Origin: Gemmatimonadota bacterium
GTDB lineage: Bacteria; Gemmatimonadota; Gemmatimonadetes; Longimicrobiales; Gaopeijiaceae
Direction of reading: 5' to 3'
DNA: 64,000 bases
NCBI GenBank assembly: GCA_039589315.1
Contig: JBDHHQ010000010.1
Span: 1-64,000 of the forward strand
Position numbers and translations under genes: made by a program. Position 1 is the first letter of the stretch. Each line of letters opens with the position of its first letter. Positions 26,278-36,536 of this stretch are shown here, in pieces. The notes below the pieces were generated by a model that saw nothing but the letters and a program-made list of their open reading frames with translations, did not search any database and was not told the DNA's origin.

Positions 26278-29200
26278 GTGAGCTTCGTCCACCTTCACGT
26301 CCACTCCGAGTTCTCCCTCCTCGACGGCGCGAACCGCCTCTCCGACCTCATCCGGAAGACCAAGGAATACGAGATGCCGGCCCTGGCCCTCACGGACCAT
26401 GGCTGCCTCTTCGGCGCCTGGAACTTCCAGAAGGCCGCCCGTAAGGAGGGCGTCAAACCCATCATCGGGATGGAGGCCTACGTCGCTCCCGGCGACCGGC
26501 GGGACCGGACCCGTGGGGGTCGCGGAGAGAAGGCCTACTACCACCTCGTGTTATTGGCTCGTGACCCGCTGGGCTACCGGAACCTGGTGAAGCTCTCTTC
26601 CATCGGGTACACGGAGGGGTTCTTCTACCGCCCGCGGGTGGACCGGGAAGTGCTGGAGCGCCACTCCGAGGGCCTCATCGTCTCGTCCGCGTGCATGGCA
26701 GGTGAGGTGGCCCGCCACCTCATGGCCGAAAACCGCGACGCCGCCCGGGAGGCCGCCGAGTGGTACGCCAACGTCTTCGGCGACCGGTACTACCTCGAGG
26801 TCCAGGCCCACGACTCCGACGGCCAGGCGGACTTGAACGCGAGGGTGTTCGGTCTCGCCGACGAGCTCGGCCTGCCGGTGGTCGCCACCAACGACTCCCA
26901 CTTCCTGCGGCGTGAGGACCACGACGCCCACGACGTCCTGCTCTGCATCGGTCTCGGCAAGGACCGGGACGATCCGCAGCGTATGAAGTACGACGATGGC
27001 CTGTACTTCAAGAGTGCCGGTGAGATCGCCGAGCGTTTCCCGGACCGACCCGACGTCATCGAGAACACGCTGGCCATCGCCGACCAGGTCGATCTCGGCT
27101 TCGAGCGCACGTATCACCTCCCGGCATTCCCGCTGCCCGCGGGGGAAGCCGACGAGAACGACTACCTGGTCAAGCTGGCCACGACGGGGGCCGAAGAGCG
27201 CTTCGGCTCTCCCCTTCCCGACGAGGTGCGGGAGCGCCTCGACTACGAGCTGGGCGTGATCCTCGAGACCGGATACGCCGGGTATTTCCTCATCACGGGC
27301 GACTTCATCCGTTGGGCCAAGGAGCACGACATTCCGGTCGGGCCAGGACGGGGGTCGGCCGGTGGCTCTCTCGTAGCTTACGCCCTCGGCATCACGAACA
27401 TCGACCCCATCGCCTTCGACCTGGTGTTCGAGAGGTTCCTGAACCCCGAGCGGATCTCGATGCCGGACATCGACATCGACTTCTGCTTCGAGCGCCGTGG
27501 CGAAGTGATCGACTACGTGCGCCAGAAGTACGGCCACGACGCGGTGGGCCAGATCATCACCTTCGGCACCATGAAGAGCCGCGCCGTGATCAGGGACGTG
27601 GGCCGCACGCTCGGATTCGAGCCGTCGGAGACGGACAGGATCGCCAAGCTGATCCCCAACCAACCCGGGTCAGCCTACACCGTGGAGGAGGCGACCAAGA
27701 AGATCCCCGACGTGAAGGCCATGTACGAGTCGGGGGAGCGGTATCGGCAGCTCTTCGACTACTCCATGGTGCTGGAGGGGCTGAGCCGGCACGCGTCGGT
27801 GCACGCCGCGGGGGTGGTCATCGCCCCAGGCCCTCTGGACGACTACGTGCCGGTCTGTATTCAGCAGAAGGGCGGCAGGAACGGACGGTCCAACGGGAGC
27901 GACGAGAGCAAGGAGACCGCCGGACCCGAGATCGTGACCCAGTACGACATGAACTGCCTCGAGGACGCCGGGATGCTGAAGATGGACTTCCTGGGCCTCA
28001 AGACGCTCACGGTGATCCATGACGCCGTGGATATGGTGAAGGCCCGGGTCGGGGAGCTTCGGCATCCCGGCACCGGTGAGTCCTACGAGACCATGGACGC
28101 GGTGCCCCTCGACGACGCCCAGGTCTACGCCATGCTGGCCCACGGCGGCACCCAGGGCATATTCCAGTTCGAGTCGAGCCTTGCCACGGACAAGCTCCGG
28201 GCCATGCGCGCCGACCGCTTCGAGGATCTCGTCGCCACCAACGCCCTCATCCGCCCGGGTCCGCTGGATTCGGGCATGACCGACGTCTACATCCGCCGGA
28301 AGCTGGGGCAGGAGCCGGTCTCCTATCCTCATGCGGACCTGAAGCAGACGCTGGAGTCCACCTACGGGATCATCGTCTATCAAGAACAGGTGATGCGGAT
28401 CCCCAACGTCCTGGCGGGCTACTCCCTGGGACAAGCGGACGTGCTCCGGAAAGCGGTGGGGAAGAAGATCCCCGAGCTCATCAAGGCGGAGCTCGGCAAG
28501 TTCGTCAACGCAGCTCAGGAAGCGGGTGTCGACAAGCGCACCGCGGCGGATCTGGCCGAGCAAATCGAGACCTTCGGACGGTATGGGTTCAATCGCAGCC
28601 ACTCCGCCGCATACTCGCTTCTCTCGTATCAGACGGCGTGGCTGAAGTGCCACTACCCGGCCGAGTACATGGCGGCGCTGCTTTCCTCGGTGCTGGACAA
28701 GACCGACGACGTGGTGAAGTACATCGGCGAGTGCCGGGACATGGCCCGCTGGGTCCCGGACCTGGAGGACCCTCTCGTGGTCCTACCGCCCGAGGTCAAC
28801 GAGTCCGGCTGGAAGTTCACCGTCACCGGCCCCACACAGATGCGCTTCGGCCTGGGGGCCGTCCGAGGCGTGGGTTCGGCGGCCGTGCGATCGGTCATCG
28901 ACGCGCGCAACGATGGGGGTCCCTTCGAGTCCCTCTTCGACTTCGTGAGCCGAGTCGACATCCGGGCATTGAACAAGCGTGCCGCCGAGGCGCTGATCGC
29001 CGCGGGAGCCTTGGACTCCTTCGGCCATCGCTCCCAGCTCCTCGCCGGGCTGGATACCGCCTACGGCGAAGCCCAACGACGACAGGACGACGCCGCGGCT
29101 GGCCAGGGCTCCCTGTTCGGCGCCGAGTCCGCATTGCCCCAGGAGGAGCCGCCGCTTCCCACGGTGCCCGAGTGGACGGAGGCCGATCGGCTCGCCCGCG

Positions 29201-29850
29201 AGAAGGATGCCCTGGGCTTCTTCATCTCCGGGCACCCGCTGGAGCGCTTCCAGGACATCGTGCGCGCCTACGAACCGGTCTCGACGACGAATCTCGGCCA
29301 GTTCCTCGGTCAGCCGGTGGAGCTTCCCTGTGTCGTCATCGCGGTGACCCGCCAGATCTCGCGTCGCAACGGAGCCGAGTGGGGCAAGATCACGGTGGAA
29401 GACTTCATGGGAACGGCCTCCGTGTTGGCCTTCGGTGACGCGTGGGACAACGTGAAGGACCTCCTGGAGCAGGACGCGGTGGTCCTGATCTCAGGCAAGG
29501 TCAGCGGCAGGGAGCGGGACGAGGAGGACCCGCCGATCTTCCTCGACGACGCACAGCCTCTGGAGGACGTGCCGGCAGGCGGAGGGCTGGCGGTTCAGCT
29601 GACCCTGGAGCCCGGCAGCGAGCTGACCGAGGAGGCCTTCGCACGTGCCAAGGCCGTCCTCTCCGCTCATCCGGGACCCGCGCCCGTGGAGGTCGTCGTA
29701 GGACAGGGGAACGGCGTGCCGGCCCCACGCCTGCGGTCTCGCAGCCTGCGTGTCGATCCCGGGACCGACACGTTGGCCGAGCTCAAGGAGGTCGTTGGAA
29801 GCAAGGTCGTGTCACTCGCCCGGGTCCGAGCGGCCGAGGACGGGACGTAG
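26278..29850 (+). CDS. dnaE: DNA polymerase III subunit alpha
   Basis: FVHLHVHSEFSLLDGA, ALTDHG, GPGRGSAGGS, FERFLNPERISMPDIDIDF, HAAGVVI, LKMDFLGL, YGFNRSHS, GFFISGHPL; GTG start. Confidence 0.98.
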   Translation: MSFVHLHVHSEFSLLDGANRLSDLIRKTKEYEMPALALTDHGCLFGAWNFQKAARKEGVKPIIGMEAYVAPGDRRDRTRGGRGEKAYYHLVLLARDPLGYRNLVKLSSIGYTEGFFYRPRVDREVLERHSEGLIVSSACMAGEVARHLMAENRDAAREAAEWYANVFGDRYYLEVQAHDSDGQADLNARVFGLADELGLPVVATNDSHFLRREDHDAHDVLLCIGLGKDRDDPQRMKYDDGLYFKSAGEIAERFPDRPDVIENTLAIADQVDLGFERTYHLPAFPLPAGEADENDYLVKLATTGAEERFGSPLPDEVRERLDYELGVILETGYAGYFLITGDFIRWAKEHDIPVGPGRGSAGGSLVAYALGITNIDPIAFDLVFERFLNPERISMPDIDIDFCFERRGEVIDYVRQKYGHDAVGQIITFGTMKSRAVIRDVGRTLGFEPSETDRIAKLIPNQPGSAYTVEEATKKIPDVKAMYESGERYRQLFDYSMVLEGLSRHASVHAAGVVIAPGPLDDYVPVCIQQKGGRNGRSNGSDESKETAGPEIVTQYDMNCLEDAGMLKMDFLGLKTLTVIHDAVDMVKARVGELRHPGTGESYETMDAVPLDDAQVYAMLAHGGTQGIFQFESSLATDKLRAMRADRFEDLVATNALIRPGPLDSGMTDVYIRRKLGQEPVSYPHADLKQTLESTYGIIVYQEQVMRIPNVLAGYSLGQADVLRKAVGKKIPELIKAELGKFVNAAQEAGVDKRTAADLAEQIETFGRYGFNRSHSAAYSLLSYQTAWLKCHYPAEYMAALLSSVLDKTDDVVKYIGECRDMARWVPDLEDPLVVLPPEVNESGWKFTVTGPTQMRFGLGAVRGVGSAAVRSVIDARNDGGPFESLFDFVSRVDIRALNKRAAEALIAAGALDSFGHRSQLLAGLDTAYGEAQRRQDDAAAGQGSLFGAESALPQEEPPLPTVPEWTEADRLAREKDALGFFISGHPLERFQDIVRAYEPVSTTNLGQFLGQPVELPCVVIAVTRQISRRNGAEWGKITVEDFMGTASVLAFGDAWDNVKDLLEQDAVVLISGKVSGRERDEEDPPIFLDDAQPLEDVPAGGGLAVQLTLEPGSELTEEAFARAKAVLSAHPGPAPVEVVVGQGNGVPAPRLRSRSLRVDPGTDTLAELKEVVGSKVVSLARVRAAEDGT

Positions 29851-29853
29851 CGC

Positions 29854-30855
29854 ATGCCTCGAGCCGAGTTCATCAGCACCGGATTCTTTGTTCCCGAACG
29901 CGTGGTGCCCAACGACGCGCTCACGGAATGGTGGGATACGTCGGACGAGTGGATCCGGGAGCGGACCGGCATCGAAGAGCGGCATTGGGTCGAACGGGGA
30001 GGACAGACCGGGTCGGACCTGGCATTGGAGGCGGCAAAGGTGGCCCTCGAGCGGGCCGACATGGACGCCTCCGACCTGGACTGCATCGTCTACGCGACTC
30101 TCAGCCCCGAGCATTTCTTTCCCGGCGGTGGCGTGTTCCTCCAGAGGAAGCTCGGTGTTCCGGGCATCCCCGCCCTGGACGTGCGCAACCAGTGCACGGG
30201 CTTCCTCTACGGCCTCTCCATCGCCGATGCCTGGATCCGCACGGGCCAGTACCGCCGCGTGCTGCTGGTCGGGTCCGAGGTCCACTCTCCGGCGCTGGGG
30301 TTCTCGGACCCCGAAGGCCGGAACATCGGCGTCCTGTTCGGCGACGGCGCAGGGGCAGCGATCCTGGGGCCTACCGAGGACGAGGGACGCGGCGTGATCG
30401 GCACCAATCTCTCTGCCGACGGGCGGTACGCCGAGCTCCTGTGGGTGGAGGGGGCAGGGATCAGCGGCGACCCATGGATCTCACACGAGGACATCGACGG
30501 CACCACGCTCTTCCCGCGCATGGACGGCCGGGAGGTCTTCAAGCACGCGGTGAAGCGGATGCCCCAGTCCGTGACGGCCCTTCTGGCCGAGCACGGGCTC
30601 GAGACCGATGACGTCGACCTGCTGATCGCCCACCAGGCGAACCTGCGCATCAACGAGATGGTGGCCCGCCGGCTGGGCCTCGCAGACGACCGGGTCTACA
30701 ACAACATCCAGCGCTACGGCAACACGACGGCCGCCACCATTCCCATCTGCATCGACGAGTGCGTCCAGTCCGGGCGGCTGACCCGAGGCGACCTGCTGGT
30801 GCTGACCGCGTTCGGCAGCGGGTTCACGTGGGGGAGCGCGCTGATCCGCTGGTAG
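29854..30855 (+). CDS. fabH: Beta-ketoacyl-ACP synthase III
   Basis: TSDEWIRERTGI, NQCTGF (catalytic Cys), LFGDGAGA, HQANLRI, YGNTTAA, AFGSGFTWG. Confidence 0.95.
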   Translation: MPRAEFISTGFFVPERVVPNDALTEWWDTSDEWIRERTGIEERHWVERGGQTGSDLALEAAKVALERADMDASDLDCIVYATLSPEHFFPGGGVFLQRKLGVPGIPALDVRNQCTGFLYGLSIADAWIRTGQYRRVLLVGSEVHSPALGFSDPEGRNIGVLFGDGAGAAILGPTEDEGRGVIGTNLSADGRYAELLWVEGAGISGDPWISHEDIDGTTLFPRMDGREVFKHAVKRMPQSVTALLAEHGLETDDVDLLIAHQANLRINEMVARRLGLADDRVYNNIQRYGNTTAATIPICIDECVQSGRLTRGDLLVLTAFGSGFTWGSALIRW

Positions 30856-31456
30856 GACCGACGTCCAATACCGCGCCCCTGGGCCCCGCGTTCACCACCA
30901 GCGTCTCGCCGAGGCTCACCTGTTTGCCCCACGAAGCGTGGATGTGACCGCAAATCACCAGCTGCGTCCGAGCCCGCCGGGCGGCCGCCAGGACCGCCCG
31001 ACTTCCCAGGTGTCTCCCTCCCGCGTCCCCGTCCGCTAGCCCGTAGGGCGGTGAGTGGGACACCAGCACCGCACCCTCCGGGCAACCCGCCAGGAGGTCG
31101 GCCGCGTCCGATTCGTCGAGGTCGAAGCTCCACGACCCGAACGGCGTGACCGGGACCGCTCCGCCTAGGCCCCAGAACGCGACCCCGCCGATCTCGACTC
31201 CACTGCCGTGGAGAACGTGGGCGGCGGTCCACTCGGTGCACGCTGCCTCCAACTCCAGGTCCGACTCGGAGTTACCCGGCACGACCACTGTGGGAGTCAC
31301 GATGGAGCGAAGGACCTCCACCATGGCCTCGAGCCCCACACGCTTCGTGGCCAGGTCTCCGGCGATCACGATTACGTCCGCCTCGTTGGCCCGTCGCACG
31401 ACACCCTGCGCCGCGGCCTCGTCCCGGTGCAGATCGCTGAAGGCGAGGATCCTCAT
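30824..31456 (-). CDS. Metallophosphoesterase (calcineurin-like, Icc-related)
   Basis: FSDLH, IAGDL, PGNSE, SHSPP, CGHIH, VNAG; 3' end overlaps fabH convergently by 32 nt. Confidence 0.9.
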   Translation of the reverse strand: MRILAFSDLHRDEAAAQGVVRRANEADVIVIAGDLATKRVGLEAMVEVLRSIVTPTVVVPGNSESDLELEAACTEWTAAHVLHGSGVEIGGVAFWGLGGAVPVTPFGSWSFDLDESDAADLLAGCPEGAVLVSHSPPYGLADGDAGGRHLGSRAVLAAARRARTQLVICGHIHASWGKQVSLGETLVVNAGPRGAVLDVGPTSGSARSPT

Positions 31457-31537
31457 GGTGGCTTCCCGTTGCGAGTCGACGTCCCGCACCCGTAGGCAGA
31501 GCGGCGCTGTCGGGCAAGCCCTCCCGGGTAGTCCTTC

Positions 31538-31580
31538 TTGATCTGTCTGCAAAGCAGACTTATTGTCTACAAAGCAGACA
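31538..31580 (+). promoter_or_regulatory. sigma70-like promoter with two palindromic operators upstream of PadR-1
   Basis: TTGATC (31538-31543), 17-nt spacer, TATTGT (31561-31566); TGTCTGC-AAA-GCAGACT (31544-31560) and TGTCTAC-AAA-GCAGACA (31564-31580). Confidence 0.8.
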
Positions 31581-31613
31581 CACCTCTCTCTCCATCGGCG
31601 GAGTGCGCGCGCC

Positions 31614-31952
31614 ATGCCCGACAAGAGCTTCCTCGGCGAATTCGAGCAGATGGTCCTGCTGGCCATCCTCCAACGTGCACCGGACGCCTACGGCCCGACG
31701 ATCAGCGCCGAGCTGGAGTCGACGGCAGAACGGACCGTCTCGCGAGGGGCTCTCTACTCGTCGCTGGGCCGCCTGGAGAAGAAGGGTCTGCTCCGGTGGG
31801 AGCTGGAGGAGCCCACTGCCGAGCGTGGGGGACATCCGCGTCGCCGTTTCGAGGTGACCCACGCCGGTGTGGAGGCGCTCAAGGCGTCCAGAACGGCTCT
31901 GGTGAGCCTCTGGGCCGGTCTGGATCGCCATCTCGGGCCCGAGACAGGCTGA
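31614..31952 (+). CDS. PadR family transcriptional regulator
   Basis: LGEFEQMVLLAIL, AYGPTI, GALYSSLGRLEKKG, ERGGHPRRRFEVT. Confidence 0.92.
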   Translation: MPDKSFLGEFEQMVLLAILQRAPDAYGPTISAELESTAERTVSRGALYSSLGRLEKKGLLRWELEEPTAERGGHPRRRFEVTHAGVEALKASRTALVSLWAGLDRHLGPETG

Positions 31953-31987
31953 GCCTTGCCACGCCTGGCATCGGAGGCCGTTGGAGA

Positions 31988-34714
31988 ATGAGCAGACGGA
32001 GGATCTACCCCCCGGCAATCCCCCGTTGGATCCTGGGATGGACGCTGCCCAGGGACCCCGTGGGGGACAGCATCCGAGGAGACCTCCTGGAAGAGTTCGA
32101 CTTGATCGCCCAGTCGCGATCGAGGGGTCGGGCGACGCGGTGGTACTGGCGGCATGCCTTCGGCGTCGCCGGCCGGAGCGTCCTGGATCGAGCCATGGAG
32201 CGGTTGCCAGGGAGTCGAGGCTCCCTGGTCTACGGGAGGAGGGAGAGGGATCCGATGATGAGCAAGCTCTGGCGGGACATCAGGTACGCGGTGCGGACGT
32301 TGCGGCGCACCCCGGGCTTCACGGTCGTGGCGGTGGCGACGTTGGCAATCGGCATCGGCGCCAACGCGGCGATCTTCAGCGTCGTGAACGCGGTGCTGCT
32401 GGAGCCACTGCCCTTCCCGGACGCCGACCGACTGGTCGGCATCTGGCACACCGCGCCCGGGCTCGGCTACGACCAGATCCCCCTGTCGGGTGATACGTAC
32501 GCCCAGATCAGGGAGTACAACAGCGTCTTCGAAGACGTGGCGGTCGTCAACGGCGGCACGGCGACGCTCACCGAAGACGGAGAGCCCGAGCGCGTCGATG
32601 CGCTGGGGGTGACCCATACGCTGCTCCCGGTCCTCGGCGTGGAGCCCGCGCTGGGCCGCAACTTCACCGCCGAGGAAGACATGCCGGAGGCGCCCGACGT
32701 GGCGCTCCTGAGCCACGGCCTCTGGCAGCGCCGCTATGGCGGCGATCCGGGTCTCGTCGGGCGGACCATCCAGGTCGACGGAAGCCCGGTCGAGGTGGTG
32801 GGCGTGCTCCCGGAGGGCTTCCAGTTCATGCAATCGGATGCCGAGGTCTTCGTGCCCCTGGGCATCGACCCGGCCAATCCGCCGGTTGGATCGTTCAGCG
32901 TGAACGGCATAGGCCGGCTGGTGGAGGGGCGAACCGCCGAGGTGGCCGAAGCCAATCTGGCGCCGCTGGTCGACCGTCTGCTCGAGGCCAACCGGGAGTC
33001 GGAGAACTACGTCGCGTTCCTGGAGAACGGACAGTTCGGGACGCTCGTCAACCCTCTCAAGGAGGACGTGGTCGGTGAAGTGCGCCAGCCGCTGCTGATC
33101 CTTCTGGGCACGGTCGCTTTCGTTCTGCTCATCGCCTGCGCCAACGTCGCCAACCTGGTGATCGTGCGGTCGGACGCCCGCCGCAGGGAGATGGCCGTCC
33201 GGTCCGCCCTGGGAGCGGGCCGTGGCGTCCTGTCTCGGCAGTTCCTGGCCGAGAGCGCCGCGCTGGCCCTGGCCGGTGGAGTCATCGGCGTTGCCTTGGC
33301 TGCGGCGGCCGTTCCGGCCCTGCTCAGCGTAGCGCCGGATGGCCTGCCGCGAGCCGCGGCGGTGGGCGTCGACGCTACGGTGCTGGCCTTCTCGGCAGGC
33401 CTCGTCCTCGTGTCCGTCGTGCTGTTCGGCGTGTTGCCCATGATCCGGAGCTTCTCGTCCACGGCCTTCGGTGCTCTCACGTCGGCCAGGGGCGCCACGG
33501 CCGGGCGAGACCGGCATCGGCTGCGCAATCTGCTGGTCGCCGGGCAGACCGCGCTGGCGCTGATCCTCCTGGTGGGTTCGGGCCTCATGCTCCGGAGCTT
33601 CGACGCGCTGCGGAGCGTCGATCCCGGTTTCGAGGCCGAGGGTTCTCTGGTGTTCCGGCTCTCGCTCCCCCCGACGACGTACGAGACCGCGCAGAGCGCC
33701 GCGTCCTTCCACCAGCAGTTGATGGAGCGGATCGCGACGCTACCCGGCGTGGAGTCCGTCGGAGCCGTCGACTACGTGCCGCTCACCGGTAACGGGAGCG
33801 GCACCGCCCACCGAATCGAAGACAAGCCCGTGGGGCCGGGCGACCTCCCGCCCATGTTGTGGTACAAGTACGCTGCCCCGGGATACTTCGAGACCATGAG
33901 GATCGGGCTGGTGGCCGGCCGCACCCTGGAGCGTGCCGATCACGAGCAGCAGCTCCCCAACGTCGTGGTGAGCAAGCACCTGGCCGAACGGATCTGGCCC
34001 GGTGAGGACGCCCTGGGCAAGAGGGTGTCGTTCGCCTCGTCCGACACCGTGCTGGCCTGGTACTCGGTCGTCGGAGTGGTGGACGACGTCCGTGACCAGG
34101 GCTTGAACGAGGACGTTCGGGACCTGGTCTACTACCCCATGGTAGGCGCCAACGGCGACGAGGATTGGCGGTCCCTGGACATGACGTACGTGGTCCGGAC
34201 AGCTGGACCACCCACGAGCCTCGCCGGGCCGCTGCGGGCACAGGTGTGGGAGATGGACCCGAACCTGCCGGTCGCGGACATGCGACCCATGGCTGACATC
34301 CTGGCCGAGTCGACCGCTCGGACGTCGTTCACGATGATGGCCCTGGCCGTCGCCGCGCTCGTGGCCCTTCTGCTGGGAGCCATCGGTCTGTACGGCGTGG
34401 TCTCGTACGTGGTCAGCGAGCGTACCCGGGAGATCGGCGTGCGCATGGCCCTGGGAGCCGAGAAGAGCGAGGTGCAGCGGATGGTCGTGACCCAGGGCGT
34501 CAAGCTGGCGCTGATGGGGCTCGTCGTGGGCCTTGTGGCATCGCTCGCCCTCACGCGGCTGCTGGGCAGTCTGCTGTTCGGCACGAGCCCCACGGATCCT
34601 GTCACGTTCGCCACCACCTCCCTGGTGCTCTTGGCCGTGGGCACCTTGGCGAGCTACCTCCCGGCCCGGCGGGCGTCCACCATCGACCCTGTGGCGTCCC
34701 TTCGATCGGAATGA
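31988..34714 (+). CDS. Duplicated MacB/FtsX ABC permease (ADOP type)
   Basis: GDLLEEF prefix, DIRYAVRTLRRTPGF, LLIACANVANL, RRREMAVRSALGA, RTREIGVRMALGA, PARRASTIDPV; no ATPase domain. Confidence 0.93.
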   Translation: MSRRRIYPPAIPRWILGWTLPRDPVGDSIRGDLLEEFDLIAQSRSRGRATRWYWRHAFGVAGRSVLDRAMERLPGSRGSLVYGRRERDPMMSKLWRDIRYAVRTLRRTPGFTVVAVATLAIGIGANAAIFSVVNAVLLEPLPFPDADRLVGIWHTAPGLGYDQIPLSGDTYAQIREYNSVFEDVAVVNGGTATLTEDGEPERVDALGVTHTLLPVLGVEPALGRNFTAEEDMPEAPDVALLSHGLWQRRYGGDPGLVGRTIQVDGSPVEVVGVLPEGFQFMQSDAEVFVPLGIDPANPPVGSFSVNGIGRLVEGRTAEVAEANLAPLVDRLLEANRESENYVAFLENGQFGTLVNPLKEDVVGEVRQPLLILLGTVAFVLLIACANVANLVIVRSDARRREMAVRSALGAGRGVLSRQFLAESAALALAGGVIGVALAAAAVPALLSVAPDGLPRAAAVGVDATVLAFSAGLVLVSVVLFGVLPMIRSFSSTAFGALTSARGATAGRDRHRLRNLLVAGQTALALILLVGSGLMLRSFDALRSVDPGFEAEGSLVFRLSLPPTTYETAQSAASFHQQLMERIATLPGVESVGAVDYVPLTGNGSGTAHRIEDKPVGPGDLPPMLWYKYAAPGYFETMRIGLVAGRTLERADHEQQLPNVVVSKHLAERIWPGEDALGKRVSFASSDTVLAWYSVVGVVDDVRDQGLNEDVRDLVYYPMVGANGDEDWRSLDMTYVVRTAGPPTSLAGPLRAQVWEMDPNLPVADMRPMADILAESTARTSFTMMALAVAALVALLLGAIGLYGVVSYVVSERTREIGVRMALGAEKSEVQRMVVTQGVKLALMGLVVGLVASLALTRLLGSLLFGTSPTDPVTFATTSLVLLAVGTLASYLPARRASTIDPVASLRSE

Positions 34715-34789
34715 TCGGTATGCTGGTGCGAAGCCGAGATCCCAGGCCGGCCGGACCGGCGTGCGGACACGCGCCCGGCGTGGCGCCGC

Positions 34790-36319
34790 CTAGGGAATGC
34801 CGTGCCTGGACCGCTCCAGGAGCGTGCCGACGTCGGTCAGAGCGCCTTCGTCCGGTGCGAGGGCCCTGACCCGGTCGACCCGGGCTGGCACGGCCAGGCT
34901 CCGCAGCCCCCCCGTGTAGATGTTCAGCAACCTGCTCCCGGGACCGGCCATCCGCACGATGGGCTGATGGCTCGGCAGCACCGTGCTGTCGCCCTCGACT
35001 CCCGCCACAAGGCAGACCTGGCGGACGTCGAAACGTCTCGCCTCTGCCGGCTGGTCGGCGTAGGGCAGCTCGGCCGTGGCGAGGGTACGAACCGGTTGAG
35101 CGACGAATCGCCCCGGGTCGGACCGCAGCCGGCTCGCGAGCGTCCCCCAACCGTCCGTGCCCAACTCGTCGCCGAAGCGAACCGAATCGCCGTCGGCCCC
35201 CATCTGCCCCTTGAAGACGTACCGTTCCGGGGCCGCGCCCACCCGGGCGACGGCGTCCGTGTCCAGCCCACCTTCCCGGCCGATGAACACCGTAGTGGGA
35301 ACCGAGGGGGCGAGAGGAGCGCGACCCGCCCCCTCGCGGATCACGTCGTCCACGAAGAGGGGCGTGAGCTTGCTCTTCATGAAGTTGGACGTTGGGTTGT
35401 TCACCCACACGAAGCCGCCGTCTTCGGCCTCACACCAGGCCCGGACCAGCCCCGGGACACCGGCCAGGCGAGCCACCCGGTTGAAGGAGTCGGCGCCACG
35501 TCGGACGTTGCGCTCCCACTGGGGCGTGTGCTCGGGGTCGATGCTCTCGACGTTGGCGATGGTCACCAGGACGTCGACTCGGTGGACGGCATCGCCCGGG
35601 CGTGGGTCTCGCACATAGACGACACCATCGTCGACGAACAGCCGGCCTCTCTCGTCCACCAGGCTGAACCAGTCCACGCCGAGCTCCGCAGCCAGGGCCC
35701 GCAGGTGGTCCATGACCCGCTGAGGGGCGGGGTACGGAGGGGCGATGAGGTCGTCGCCGACCCGGATGGGATCTGCCGCTTCGGAGGCGTCATCCACGAT
35801 CACCACCCGACCCTGCCTCTCGGGCCCCACCCGCTGCCGGGCCATGGTACGGAGGTAGCCCAGCCACACGTGAAACGGTGATCCGGACAGCTGGTTCGTG
35901 CCCCACTCGGGGTGTTCGTCGTACTGGCTGGCGAGGAGCGCTCCCCGCTTCGCGCCCACCACGTTGCCCCCGTTCTCCTCGCCCAGCTCGAAGCGGTACC
36001 CGCCAGCGCCATCCTCCAACCAGAAGAGGTCGGGACCGTAGAAGCGGGCGAACCAGCGGTCTCCCACACGGCCCACCAGCTCCGGCCAATATCCGCCGTG
36101 GCAGGCGAGCAGATCCCTCCAATGCGGGAAGCGATCGAGAAGGGACCGGGGGCCGTACAGATCGGAGAGCAGTCGTTGTCCGGCCCGCGCCCGCTCAGCC
36201 ACCGCCGCTAGATACCCGTCGTGGTACGGGGCATACGGGAGACCGACGAACCGGGGGTACAGGGGCCGTCGACCCGTGGACACCGCAGACCGGGGTGGAA
36301 ACGCCGATGTTTGCGTCAT
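34790..36319 (-). CDS. Divergent circularly permuted ATP-grasp (type 2)-like ligase
   Basis: YVFKGQMGADGDSVRFG, FVAQPVRTLAT, RRFDVR, IVRMAGPGSRLLNIYTGG resemble the VVKP..GSGG / YIAQP..LST / RHVDLR / LTRVA..SLVVN..QGG motifs of that family. The frame is open to 36553. Confidence 0.65.
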   Translation of the reverse strand: MTQTSAFPPRSAVSTGRRPLYPRFVGLPYAPYHDGYLAAVAERARAGQRLLSDLYGPRSLLDRFPHWRDLLACHGGYWPELVGRVGDRWFARFYGPDLFWLEDGAGGYRFELGEENGGNVVGAKRGALLASQYDEHPEWGTNQLSGSPFHVWLGYLRTMARQRVGPERQGRVVIVDDASEAADPIRVGDDLIAPPYPAPQRVMDHLRALAAELGVDWFSLVDERGRLFVDDGVVYVRDPRPGDAVHRVDVLVTIANVESIDPEHTPQWERNVRRGADSFNRVARLAGVPGLVRAWCEAEDGGFVWVNNPTSNFMKSKLTPLFVDDVIREGAGRAPLAPSVPTTVFIGREGGLDTDAVARVGAAPERYVFKGQMGADGDSVRFGDELGTDGWGTLASRLRSDPGRFVAQPVRTLATAELPYADQPAEARRFDVRQVCLVAGVEGDSTVLPSHQPIVRMAGPGSRLLNIYTGGLRSLAVPARVDRVRALAPDEGALTDVGTLLERSRHGIP

Positions 36320-36536
36320 GTGTCCGGCTGCGCCCGTCCTGTCTGCTCGTTGGAGTCGCCGCGCGCCCGGGTGATCTTCCAGGAGGAAGAGCGGGCACGG
36401 CGGCCCCGACTCTTGCTCCAATGCGGGTTCGTGCCCCAAGAAGATATCGACGCGACGCCTGCGTCGCCCATCCCGTCGGCGCCTTCGGACCTCCACGGAT
36501 GGTCCGGCTCGCTGCGAGACCGAGGAGTCACGAGAG

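Noticed and set aside
26278..29850. Intein in dnaE, or the N-terminal extension from 25981
   Set aside because: Length is normal and no splicing motifs are visible; only short loop insertions. The extension precedes the canonical SFVHLH start.
30824..30855. Convergent overlap of fabH and the phosphoesterase gene as a regulatory feature
   Set aside because: Short 3' overlaps are common in GC-rich genomes; no further support.
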